Below are positions 28,552-37,354 of a stretch of 64,000 nt of DNA, one piece after another. The position numbers and the translations under genes are program-made. The stretch is from Candidatus Nanopelagicaceae bacterium (GTDB lineage Bacteria > Actinomycetota > Actinomycetes > Nanopelagicales > Nanopelagicaceae), in the NCBI GenBank assembly GCA_018883345.1, contig VEQG01000007.1, positions 866 through 64,865 on the forward strand, given 5' to 3'. The notes below the pieces were generated by a model. That model saw only the letters and a program-made list of their open reading frames with translations, ran no database searches and had not been told where the DNA came from. The number at the start of each line of letters is the position of its first letter. The first letter of the stretch is position 1.

Positions 28552-29129
28552 CCACTGCAGTGATTGCGTGTGGTGCGATAGCTAGCCATATTTCTAATAT
28601 CGCATCACGAGAGAATTTTGATATCACTATTTACCCATTGCCGCCACTACTTCACAACCAGCCTGAAAAAATTGCTGGCGAAGTAGAGTCAAAAATTGCA
28701 GAAATTAAAGATAGGTACCAGAAAATTGCAGTTGCTTACTCCGATTGTGGTACCTATGGAGCGCTAGATAAAGTTATTGAAAAGTACGGAATACAAAGAC
28801 TTGGCGGGGATCATTGCTATGACGTTTTTGCTGGAAAAGAACGAGTCTTCGAATTAACAACTAGCGGTACCTATTTCTTTACAGACTATTTAGTTAAATC
28901 ATTTCATAGAAGCGTAGTTGTGGAATTAGGTTTGGATAAACACCCGGAACTGATTGATGATTACTTTAAGAATTACCAAAAAGTTGTCTGGCTTGCGCAG
29001 AATCCAACTGAAGAATTAAAAATTGCTGCACAAGCCGCCGCCGATTTAATGAAATTACCTCTAGAAATTGAAATAGTAGGTGAATCAGGATTGCTTGACG
29101 AGCTCAAGCGCCTTCTTAACCACATCTGA
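28548..29129 (+). CDS. DUF1638-family protein (function unknown)
   Basis: 193 aa. IACGAI...PPLLHNQPEKI...YSDCGTYG...GDHCYD pattern resembles DUF1638. The TTG start overlaps the activase stop (TTGA). An alternative GTG start is at 28560. Confidence 0.65.
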   Translation: MTTAVIACGAIASHISNIASRENFDITIYPLPPLLHNQPEKIAGEVESKIAEIKDRYQKIAVAYSDCGTYGALDKVIEKYGIQRLGGDHCYDVFAGKERVFELTTSGTYFFTDYLVKSFHRSVVVELGLDKHPELIDDYFKNYQKVVWLAQNPTEELKIAAQAAADLMKLPLEIEIVGESGLLDELKRLLNHI

Positions 29130-32081
29130 TAGCAGCTTCGGATCAACATCTTCAGCTAAACGCTGACGCATGATTGGTGTCCAAAACTGTGTCATGTGAT
29201 GAGCTACTTCGATTTCAGGTGCTCCAGCAGATGGAATATTCAACGCAATTTGATTTGCCATGCGAATAATTGAATCCAACTGAACATCACCATGTTCTCC
29301 ATGATGTGCCAACTTAGCAACCGCTTCACTCGGTTCCACCTGTACCGCGGTTACCTTATATTCTGGGCAATTTGTTGCCCAATCTGAATAATCAGTTGTG
29401 ATTACGTTTGCACCAGATTCTGGGAAGTGGAATGTAGTCCAAACCACGCCTGGTGCCACTTCATCAGTTACTCGCGCGCGCATCAAAGTTTCTCCAACAC
29501 GACTTGAGAGTTTGACCCATGATCCATCCTTAATGCCACGCATCTCCGCATCTGATTCGTGAATATCAAGAGTATCTTGCGGATGCCAAACGTTATTTTC
29601 AGTGCGTCGAGTTTGTGCACCCACGTTGTACTGACTTAAAACACGACCAGTTGTAAGCAATAATGGGAATTTACGATTGGTCTTCTCTTCAGTTGCTACA
29701 TATGGAGTCAACATAAAGTTTCCGGAACCGCGCACAAATCTTTCTATATGCATAATTGGTGTGCCGTCAGGCGCTTTTTCGTTAACAGGCCATTGCATGC
29801 TGCCTTCGGCATCAAGGCGAGCATGTGAAACGCCAGCAAAGGTTGGCGTTGTGGCTGCAATCTCTTCCATGATTTGTGCGGCATTTTCGTAATGCATGTT
29901 GTAACCCATTGCTTTAGCAAGGTCGCAGGTAACTTCCCATTCATCTTTACCAGTTTGAGATGGCATTGCTGGACGAACTCGATTGATGCGTCGCTCTGCA
30001 TTTGTGAAAGTGCCATCTTTTTCAAGGAAAGAAGTTCCAGGTAAGAATACGTGTGCGTATTTTGCAGTTTCATTTAGGAATAGATCCTGAACAATCACCA
30101 TATCCATGGCTGCAAGGCCCGCTGTTACGTGTTGAGTATTTGGATCAGATTGCGCAATGTCTTCGCCTTGAATATAAATTCCTTTATATTCACCGGCAAT
30201 TGCCGCATCCAACATATTTGGAATACGCATTCCTGGTTTCTCTTTTAACTTTACGCCCCAAAGATTTTCATAAATTGCACGAGTATCTGGATTAGAGATG
30301 TGGCGATAACCCGGTAATTCATGCGGGAAAGAGCCCATATCGCAGGAACCTTGGACATTGTTCTGACCACGTAGTGGGTTTACGCCAACTCCCTTGCGGC
30401 CAATATTTCCAGTTGCCATCGCTAGGTTTGCAATGCCCATAACCATGGTAGATCCCTGGCTATGTTCGGTAACACCTAAGCCGTAATAGATCGCACCGTT
30501 TGGCACTGAAGCATAAAGTCGAGCAGCGGCACGAATTTCAGATGCAGGAACAGAAGAAATTTTCTCCATCGCCTCTGGAGAATTCTCTGGTCTCTTGATG
30601 AACTCAGCCCAGACTTTAAATGCTTCAGTATCGCAACGTTCCTCAATGAATTTCTTATCTTCAAGTCCTTCGGTCATAACAACGTGTGCAATCGCATTAA
30701 TAATTGCGACGTTGGTCCCCGGCAGAAGTTGAAGATGATGTTCTGCTTTGATGTGTGGGGACTTAACTAAATCAATCTGTCGAGGATCCACCACAATAAG
30801 TTTTGCACCTTTTCGAAGCGCTTGCTTTACGCGTGAACCAAATACTGGGTGTGCATCAGTTGGATTTGCACCAATAACCATGATTACATCTGAATGTTCA
30901 ACTGATTCGAAATCTTGAGTGCCCGCAGATGTACCGAAAGTCTTATTTAATCCATAACCGGTTGGTGAATGGCACACACGCGCACAGGTATCAACATTGT
31001 TTGTACCGAAAGCTGCACGTACCATTTTCTGTACTACATAAACTTCTTCGTTGGTGCAGCGAGATGAAGTGATTCCACCAATAGAGTTCCAACCATAAGT
31101 TTCTTGAACTTTTTTCAAACCATTTGCAGCATAAGCAATAGCTTCATCCCAAGTTACTTTGCGCCATTCATCCGTGATTTTTTCGCGAATCATTGGAGAA
31201 AGCTGACGATCATTATGAGAGGCGTAACCCCAAGCAAAGCGACCTTTCACGCATGAATGACCTTCATTTGCTCCACCATTTTTCAGAGGAATCATGCGGA
31301 CAACTTCATTGCCCTTCATCTCTGCTCTAAATGAACAACCAACTCCGCAATATGCGCAGGTAGTGTCTACAGATCTTGTTGGTGCGCCAATAGTCAGCAG
31401 ATTCTTCTCTTTTAGCGCGCCAGTTGGGCAGGCTTGAACACAAGCGCCGCAGGAAACGCACTCAGATTCAACGAAATTCTTATTTCCGGCGCTTACACGA
31501 GCATCGAATGCACGGCCGGTGATAGTGAGTGCGAACGTACCTTGGACTTCATCGCAAGCGCGAACACATCGATTACAGACAATGCACTCTGTTGAATCAA
31601 AATTGAAGTATGGATTTGATTCATCCTTTGGTAAATCTAAATGGGTCTTTCTATTGTCGTTAGCTTCGTAACGAACTTCCTTAAGTCCAACTTTCTTAGC
31701 AACGCCATGCACTTGGCAGGCATCTCCTACTTCGCAATTCTCTGGATGATCAGAGAGGTAAAGTTCCATAACGCCTTGGCGCATGCGATCTAATTTCTCT
31801 GATTTTGTTGAAACCTTCATACCATCAGCAACTGGAGTGGTACATGAAGAAGGCGTTCCTTTGCGGCCATCAATTTCAACTACGCAAAGTCGGCAAGAAC
31901 CAAAAGCTTTTAAGCGATCGGTTGCGCATAACTTAGGGATATCGATGCCGCACTCTGCTGCTGCGCGCATGATTGAGGTATCGGCAGGGACTTCTACAGT
32001 TTGGCCATCAATTTCGACCGTAACTTTTTCGGTGCGCTTAGATTTAGGAGTACCGAAATCTGGTTCCATTATTAAGCTCAT
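29085..32081 (-). CDS. fdsA: NAD-dependent formate dehydrogenase alpha subunit (Mo-bisMGD, Cys type) with FdsD-like C-terminal extension
   Basis: About 998 aa. NuoG-like N-terminus ([2Fe-2S] CATDRLKAFGSCRLC and 4Fe-4S clusters). MopB domain with CAYCGVGC and active-site ARVCHSPTG. The start is refined to the ATG at 32081, preceded by GGAGGAG and forming ATGA with the fdsB stop. The last ~81 aa (IIRMANQIA...FWTPIMRQRL) resemble FdsD. Confidence 0.85.
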   Translation of the reverse strand: MSLIMEPDFGTPKSKRTEKVTVEIDGQTVEVPADTSIMRAAAECGIDIPKLCATDRLKAFGSCRLCVVEIDGRKGTPSSCTTPVADGMKVSTKSEKLDRMRQGVMELYLSDHPENCEVGDACQVHGVAKKVGLKEVRYEANDNRKTHLDLPKDESNPYFNFDSTECIVCNRCVRACDEVQGTFALTITGRAFDARVSAGNKNFVESECVSCGACVQACPTGALKEKNLLTIGAPTRSVDTTCAYCGVGCSFRAEMKGNEVVRMIPLKNGGANEGHSCVKGRFAWGYASHNDRQLSPMIREKITDEWRKVTWDEAIAYAANGLKKVQETYGWNSIGGITSSRCTNEEVYVVQKMVRAAFGTNNVDTCARVCHSPTGYGLNKTFGTSAGTQDFESVEHSDVIMVIGANPTDAHPVFGSRVKQALRKGAKLIVVDPRQIDLVKSPHIKAEHHLQLLPGTNVAIINAIAHVVMTEGLEDKKFIEERCDTEAFKVWAEFIKRPENSPEAMEKISSVPASEIRAAARLYASVPNGAIYYGLGVTEHSQGSTMVMGIANLAMATGNIGRKGVGVNPLRGQNNVQGSCDMGSFPHELPGYRHISNPDTRAIYENLWGVKLKEKPGMRIPNMLDAAIAGEYKGIYIQGEDIAQSDPNTQHVTAGLAAMDMVIVQDLFLNETAKYAHVFLPGTSFLEKDGTFTNAERRINRVRPAMPSQTGKDEWEVTCDLAKAMGYNMHYENAAQIMEEIAATTPTFAGVSHARLDAEGSMQWPVNEKAPDGTPIMHIERFVRGSGNFMLTPYVATEEKTNRKFPLLLTTGRVLSQYNVGAQTRRTENNVWHPQDTLDIHESDAEMRGIKDGSWVKLSSRVGETLMRARVTDEVAPGVVWTTFHFPESGANVITTDYSDWATNCPEYKVTAVQVEPSEAVAKLAHHGEHGDVQLDSIIRMANQIALNIPSAGAPEIEVAHHMTQFWTPIMRQRLAEDVDPKLLSDVVKKALELVKQS

Positions 32082-33559
32082 TTTGCTCCTCCGAAGTCCT
32101 CTGGGAAGTTTGTTAAAGCGCTCTTTACTGGAAGTGGTGTTAAACCACCCATGGCGCAAAGAGATCCATCTGTCATCACTTCGCAAAGATCTAGCAATAA
32201 CTCCTTGTTTTTCGCTACATCCTTACCATTGATAATTAAATCAATAGTTTCTACACCTCGAGTAGAACCAATACGGCATGGCGTGCATTTGCCGCATGAT
32301 TCGATCGAACAGAATTCCATTGCAAAGCGTGCTTGCTTGGCCAAATTAACCGAATCATCAAAGACCACGATTCCACCGTGGCCCAACATGCCACCGGCCG
32401 TAACCATAGATTCGTAATCTGCACTTACAGATAATTTATCAACATCAAAATAAGCGCCTAGCGGGCCGCCAACTTGAATTGCGCGAATCGGTTTTCCAGT
32501 CAAAGTTCCGCCGCCATAACCATTAACTAATTCATCAAGAGAAATTCCAAAACCGGTTTCGACAATTCCACCTTGTTTGATATTCCCAGCTAATTGGAAA
32601 ATTTGAGTTCCGAGCGAGCGCCCCACACCACGTGCTTTGTAAGCAGCGGAACCACTTGCCAAAATTTCTGGCACGGAAGCCAATGTCAAAACATTGTTAA
32701 TCACAGTTGGTTTTCCAAATAATCCTTCAAGTGCAGGTAGCGGCGGCTTTGCCCGAACTACTCCACGTTTGCCTTCTAGTGATTCAAGCATCGCGGTCTC
32801 TTCGCCACAAACATATGAACCGGCACCTGCGCGTACCTTTAATTCAAAATTACCCAACTTAGGTGCAGCAATTTCGATCGCTTTATTCATTTGCGAAATT
32901 GCAGCTGGATATTCAGATCTAATATAAATAAAACCCTTAGTCGCACCGACTGCAAGCGCTGCAATCGCCATACCTTCTATTAATGTAAACGGATCGCCTT
33001 CCATCAATATTCGGTCTGCAAAAGTTCCGCTATCTCCCTCATCGGCATTGCAGCAAATGTATTTCTGATCGGCTTCTGCCTCCATAACAGTTTTCCATTT
33101 AATGCCTGCTGGAAACCCTGCACCACCGCGACCACGTAAGCCTGATTCAGTAACTTCTGCAATTATTTCTGCTTGCGATAATTTCTGCGCCTTAGCCAAT
33201 CCGACAAAGCCACCATGGGCCTCGTAATCGGCAATTGAGAGTGGATCAATTATTCCAACTCTCTTATAGGTAATTCGATCTTGTTTTGTTAACCAATCAA
33301 AGCTGTCCACAGCGCCAATTGAAAGATGGCTACCATCTAATACTGCTGCGGCATCATCGCTAGTTACATTGGTATAGCCAATTCTTTGACCAGATATCTC
33401 TACTTCAACTAATGGCTCAAGCCATAGCGCACCGCGGGTGCCGTTACGCACAATGGTGATGTCAAGATTTCGCTTTGCAGCTTCCGCTGCAATCGCCACT
33501 GCAACTAAATCTGAACCAACTGATTGAGCTGCAGCATCTCCTGGAATATAAATTTTCAT
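32078..33559 (-). CDS. fdsB: Formate dehydrogenase beta subunit (NuoF-like, FMN/NAD/4Fe-4S)
   Basis: 493 aa. GRGGAGFPAG FMN/NADH motif and ESCGKCTPCR 4Fe-4S motif. Confidence 0.85.
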   Translation of the reverse strand: MKIYIPGDAAAQSVGSDLVAVAIAAEAAKRNLDITIVRNGTRGALWLEPLVEVEISGQRIGYTNVTSDDAAAVLDGSHLSIGAVDSFDWLTKQDRITYKRVGIIDPLSIADYEAHGGFVGLAKAQKLSQAEIIAEVTESGLRGRGGAGFPAGIKWKTVMEAEADQKYICCNADEGDSGTFADRILMEGDPFTLIEGMAIAALAVGATKGFIYIRSEYPAAISQMNKAIEIAAPKLGNFELKVRAGAGSYVCGEETAMLESLEGKRGVVRAKPPLPALEGLFGKPTVINNVLTLASVPEILASGSAAYKARGVGRSLGTQIFQLAGNIKQGGIVETGFGISLDELVNGYGGGTLTGKPIRAIQVGGPLGAYFDVDKLSVSADYESMVTAGGMLGHGGIVVFDDSVNLAKQARFAMEFCSIESCGKCTPCRIGSTRGVETIDLIINGKDVAKNKELLLDLCEVMTDGSLCAMGGLTPLPVKSALTNFPEDFGGAK

Positions 33560-33966
33560 TTCAATTTCTCCAGAGTTGCTCTACCAATCAAGCGATTACC
33601 GACCATCGCAGCAGGGCCGAGCGCGCAATTGCCAAAGCAATAAGCTTTCTCAACTTCAAGTCCAGCTTTTTCTGCTTCTGCAATTAAGGAATCGCAACCA
33701 ACTGCTTGACATGCTTCGGCTGCACATATCTTCACCGCATTATTTGCATGCGGTACTTTCTTTAAGTCGTGATAATAAGTAAAGACGCCAAATACTTCAG
33801 CACGCGAGACATTAAATTGATCCGCAATCATTTGAAGTGCATCTTCATGCACAAATCCAAATTTCTCTTGAATTGCCTGTAGCGCGATGAGTACCGGTCC
33901 TGGCTCATCGCGAAGCGCTGCGATTACATCTTCGGCAATCGCAGCGTTCCACGAATTTGAACTCAT
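33556..33966 (-). CDS. fdsG: Formate dehydrogenase gamma subunit (NuoE-like [2Fe-2S])
   Basis: 136 aa. Cys pattern ICAAEACQAVGC ... CFGNCALGP. Confidence 0.8.
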   Translation of the reverse strand: MSSNSWNAAIAEDVIAALRDEPGPVLIALQAIQEKFGFVHEDALQMIADQFNVSRAEVFGVFTYYHDLKKVPHANNAVKICAAEACQAVGCDSLIAEAEKAGLEVEKAYCFGNCALGPAAMVGNRLIGRATLEKLK

Positions 33967-33976
33967 AATTTATAGC

Positions 33977-35641
33977 CTAGAAAAGGCCAACAACCTTTCC
34001 ATCAATGTAATCAATCTTCTCGGCGGAAGGTAGCTTTGGTAAGCCAGGCATTGTCATAATCTCTCCACAAACTAGAACCACAAACTCTGCACCAGCAGAT
34101 AGTCGCACTTCGCGGATGTTTAGGGAATGGCCAGATGGTGCCCCACGCAGAGATGCATCAGTTGAGAAGGAGTACTGCGTCTTAGCAACGCAGATTGGAT
34201 AGTGGCCATAGCCGCCTTCCTGTAACTCTTTCAACTTATTGCGCACCTTCGCATCAGCTGTTACCTCTGCTGCACCGTAAATCTTGGTCGCCACTGCAAC
34301 TGCCTTATCCCAAAGAGTTGCCTCATCTGGATAAACGAAAGTTACCTGGTTTGGCTGTTCGCAGAGCTCTACAACAATATTCGCTAACTCTGTTGCACCT
34401 TTACCGCCTTCAGCCCAGTGATTAGCCAAAGTAATTTTTGCGCCCATCGCCTCTACTTTTTTACGTAGAAGGGCAATTTCATTATCAGTATCGCTAACAA
34501 ACTTATTGATCGAGACCACCACAGGGATGTTGTAAACCTTTGAAACGTTATGTACGTGACGCTCTAAGTTAACAATGCCTGCTTCAAGAGCTGCAAGGTT
34601 TTCGTTTGTTAGTTCCTTAAGATCCGCACCACCGTGATACTTAAGCGCACGAACAGTTGCCACGATTACGCAAGCATCTGGGCGTAGGCCTGACTTACGG
34701 CACTTGATATCAATGAACTTCTCAGCGCCGAGGTCTGCGCCGAAGCCTGCTTCAGTAACAACATAATCGGCAATCTTCATAGCGGACTTGGTTGCAATTA
34801 CTGAGTTGCAGCCGTGTGCAATATTTGCGAACGGTCCACCGTGAATAAATGCTGGTGTGTTCTCAAGAGTCTGCACCAAGTTTGGCTGAAATGCATCCTT
34901 CAAGATGACTGTCATCGCACCTTGTGCATTTAGATCCTTTGCAAGAACTGGCTTCTTATCTGTGGTGTAACCAACTACGATTTTTGAAATGCGTTCCTTA
35001 AGATCTTCGATTGATGTTGCTAGGCAGAAGATTGCCATGATCTCTGAAGCTACAACAATGTCGAAACCATCTTGACGTGGGTAGCCATTGCCAACGCCAC
35101 CAAGTGAATTAACGATGTCGCGAAGTGCGCGATCATTCATATCAACCACGCGCTTCCATGCCACACGTCGTACGTCAATGTTTAACGCATTGCCATGGTG
35201 GATGTGGTTATCTACAAGCGCCGCAAGCAAGTTATTTGCAAGCGCAATTGCATTGAAATCACCGGTGAAGTGAAGATTGATATCTTCCATCGGAACAACT
35301 TGTGCGTATCCGCCACCTGCGGCGCCACCCTTCATGCCAAAAACTGGGCCTAATGAAGGCTCGCGAAGGCAGATAAGAGAGTTCTTACCAATATGGCGAA
35401 GCGCATCTCCAAGACCAACAGTTGTTGTGGTCTTACCTTCACCAGCTGGTGTTGGTGAGATCGCAGTAACCAAAATCAGCTTGCTGTCCTTCTTCTCTGG
35501 AAGTGAATCCAAATACTTCAAAGACATCTTTGCTTTGTAATGACCATACGGCTCTAGATGTTCTGCTGCAATTCCAAGCGATGCACCAATTTCAGTAATT
35601 GGTTTCATTACTGCTTTTTGTGCAATTTCAATATCTGACAT
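33977..35641 (-). CDS. fhs: Formate--tetrahydrofolate ligase
   Basis: 554 aa with full-length FTHFS resemblance ([36 protein letters not shown]). Confidence 0.9.
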   Translation of the reverse strand: MSDIEIAQKAVMKPITEIGASLGIAAEHLEPYGHYKAKMSLKYLDSLPEKKDSKLILVTAISPTPAGEGKTTTTVGLGDALRHIGKNSLICLREPSLGPVFGMKGGAAGGGYAQVVPMEDINLHFTGDFNAIALANNLLAALVDNHIHHGNALNIDVRRVAWKRVVDMNDRALRDIVNSLGGVGNGYPRQDGFDIVVASEIMAIFCLATSIEDLKERISKIVVGYTTDKKPVLAKDLNAQGAMTVILKDAFQPNLVQTLENTPAFIHGGPFANIAHGCNSVIATKSAMKIADYVVTEAGFGADLGAEKFIDIKCRKSGLRPDACVIVATVRALKYHGGADLKELTNENLAALEAGIVNLERHVHNVSKVYNIPVVVSINKFVSDTDNEIALLRKKVEAMGAKITLANHWAEGGKGATELANIVVELCEQPNQVTFVYPDEATLWDKAVAVATKIYGAAEVTADAKVRNKLKELQEGGYGHYPICVAKTQYSFSTDASLRGAPSGHSLNIREVRLSAGAEFVVLVCGEIMTMPGLPKLPSAEKIDYIDGKVVGLF

Positions 35642-36595
35642 TTATTTAGCCGCCTTAACTGCTTCGATTAACTTTGGAAGTACCTGATGAAGATCTCCAA
35701 CAATGCCGTAATCTGCATAGCGGAAAATAGTTGCTTCTGGATCGGTATTGATTGCAATGATGGTTTTGCTGTTCTTCATACCAGCAATATGTTGCATCGC
35801 ACCTGAAATGCCACAAGCAAGATAAAGATTTGGTGCCACTTTCGAACCTGTCTGTCCGACCTGCTCTGAATGTGGACGCCAACCTGATGCGGTCACAACG
35901 CGTGAACAACCAACTGCACCACCAAGTAGAGATGCGAGTTCTTCAATAACTCCGAAGCCTTCTGGTCCGCCAACACCGCGACCGCCAGAGACAATTACCT
36001 TTGCATCGGTGAGGGTTACACCGCCAGTTGAAGATTCGCCTACGCGATCTAAAACTTTAACAACGGTATCTTCTGGAGACAATGAAACTGAAATCTCTTT
36101 AACTTCGGCTGAACCACCAACTTCTTCTGGTTCGAATGCCAGCGCCATCACTGAAGCGATTAACAAATCAGAGTGAACATTTGCATCCTCAAGTAAGTTG
36201 CCTGCCCAACGAGCACGAACCACTTTATGTGGAGCTCCCAATGTAATGCTGGTGCATTCTGCTGCCATCGGAATATCTCTAAATGCAGCTAAATGGGCTA
36301 ATTGCTCATTGCCGCGCGGAGAACCTGCTGCAATTACGGCAGCCGGCTTTAAAGAATCTACTAATTCTGAAAGCGCACGACCAGATGCCATTGGAGCGTA
36401 ATCTGAAATTTCAGCATTATTTACGACATGCAGAACTTTCGCACCAAACTTTCCAACTTCAGCTGCAACTGCGGCGCCCGCAGCGCCAATTACAACAGCT
36501 TGAATATCAGCATCAATCTTGCGAGCCGCGGTAAGTGCGCGAGTTGAGAGTGGATCTAGTGTTCCACGATCGTGATCTACCAATACCAAAATCAT
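35642..36595 (-). CDS. etfA: Electron transfer flavoprotein alpha subunit
   Basis: 317 aa. C-terminal FAD-binding region (VSGGRGVG, LYLACGISGAMQHIAGM, IIAINTDP). Confidence 0.85.
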   Translation of the reverse strand: MILVLVDHDRGTLDPLSTRALTAARKIDADIQAVVIGAAGAAVAAEVGKFGAKVLHVVNNAEISDYAPMASGRALSELVDSLKPAAVIAAGSPRGNEQLAHLAAFRDIPMAAECTSITLGAPHKVVRARWAGNLLEDANVHSDLLIASVMALAFEPEEVGGSAEVKEISVSLSPEDTVVKVLDRVGESSTGGVTLTDAKVIVSGGRGVGGPEGFGVIEELASLLGGAVGCSRVVTASGWRPHSEQVGQTGSKVAPNLYLACGISGAMQHIAGMKNSKTIIAINTDPEATIFRYADYGIVGDLHQVLPKLIEAVKAAK

Positions 36596-37350
36596 TAGAG
36601 CACTCCAATCTGCTTAAACTTTTCAACTAACGCAGGAACTGCATCAGCGCCATTTCCAAGGATTTCTGCGCCAGTATCTTTTGAAGGAACTACGGTTAAT
36701 TTCAACTTCTCCAGCTTCGGTGCTGCGCCGCCAGCTGCCTTTATATCAACTGGCTTTTTACGTGCTTGCATACGACCAGGTACAGATGGATAGCGAGGAA
36801 CATTTAATCCATCGCGAACGGTGACAATAGCTGGAAGCGGTGCTTCATAAACTTCACGTTGCGTTCCGACTACACGTTCACCGCGTACTTTTCCGCCTTC
36901 AACTTTCATCGCCTTTACGTTTGTAATGATTGGCATGCCAAGGGCATGCGCTACACGAATGTGAATTTGATAGCCAGCACTGTCTGCAGATTCTGCGCCA
37001 AAAATAATCATGTCGAATTTAGTAGGTTCGGCTTTGATTGCTTCTACTAACGCATTTGCAGTTGCTTGCGGATCCCAATCGTTTCCATCAGTTTCCAGCA
37101 AGATGGCACGTGCTGCACCAACTGCAAGAGAGGCACGAAGTTGTTCTTCGGCATCTGTTGGCCCAAGTGTTAATAGAGTTAACTGACCGCCAATTTGTTC
37201 TGTTAACTGGACGCCAGCTTCAACGGCATTCTCCTCATGTGGAGAGATGCCGTATCCCATGTTGTCCGTCTGCAGCGCTTGATTATCAGGAGTAAGAATT
37301 AACTGACTACCAGTAATCGGCACACGCTTAATACATGCCAAAATCTCCAT
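36595..37350 (-). CDS. etfB: Electron transfer flavoprotein beta subunit
   Basis: About 251 aa. The start is refined to the ATG at 37350 (MEILACIKRVP). 1-nt TAATG overlap with etfA. The ORF-track start at 37446 overlaps the upstream gene. Confidence 0.85.
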   Translation of the reverse strand: MEILACIKRVPITGSQLILTPDNQALQTDNMGYGISPHEENAVEAGVQLTEQIGGQLTLLTLGPTDAEEQLRASLAVGAARAILLETDGNDWDPQATANALVEAIKAEPTKFDMIIFGAESADSAGYQIHIRVAHALGMPIITNVKAMKVEGGKVRGERVVGTQREVYEAPLPAIVTVRDGLNVPRYPSVPGRMQARKKPVDIKAAGGAAPKLEKLKLTVVPSKDTGAEILGNGADAVPALVEKFKQIGVL

Positions 37351-37354
37351 GTTT

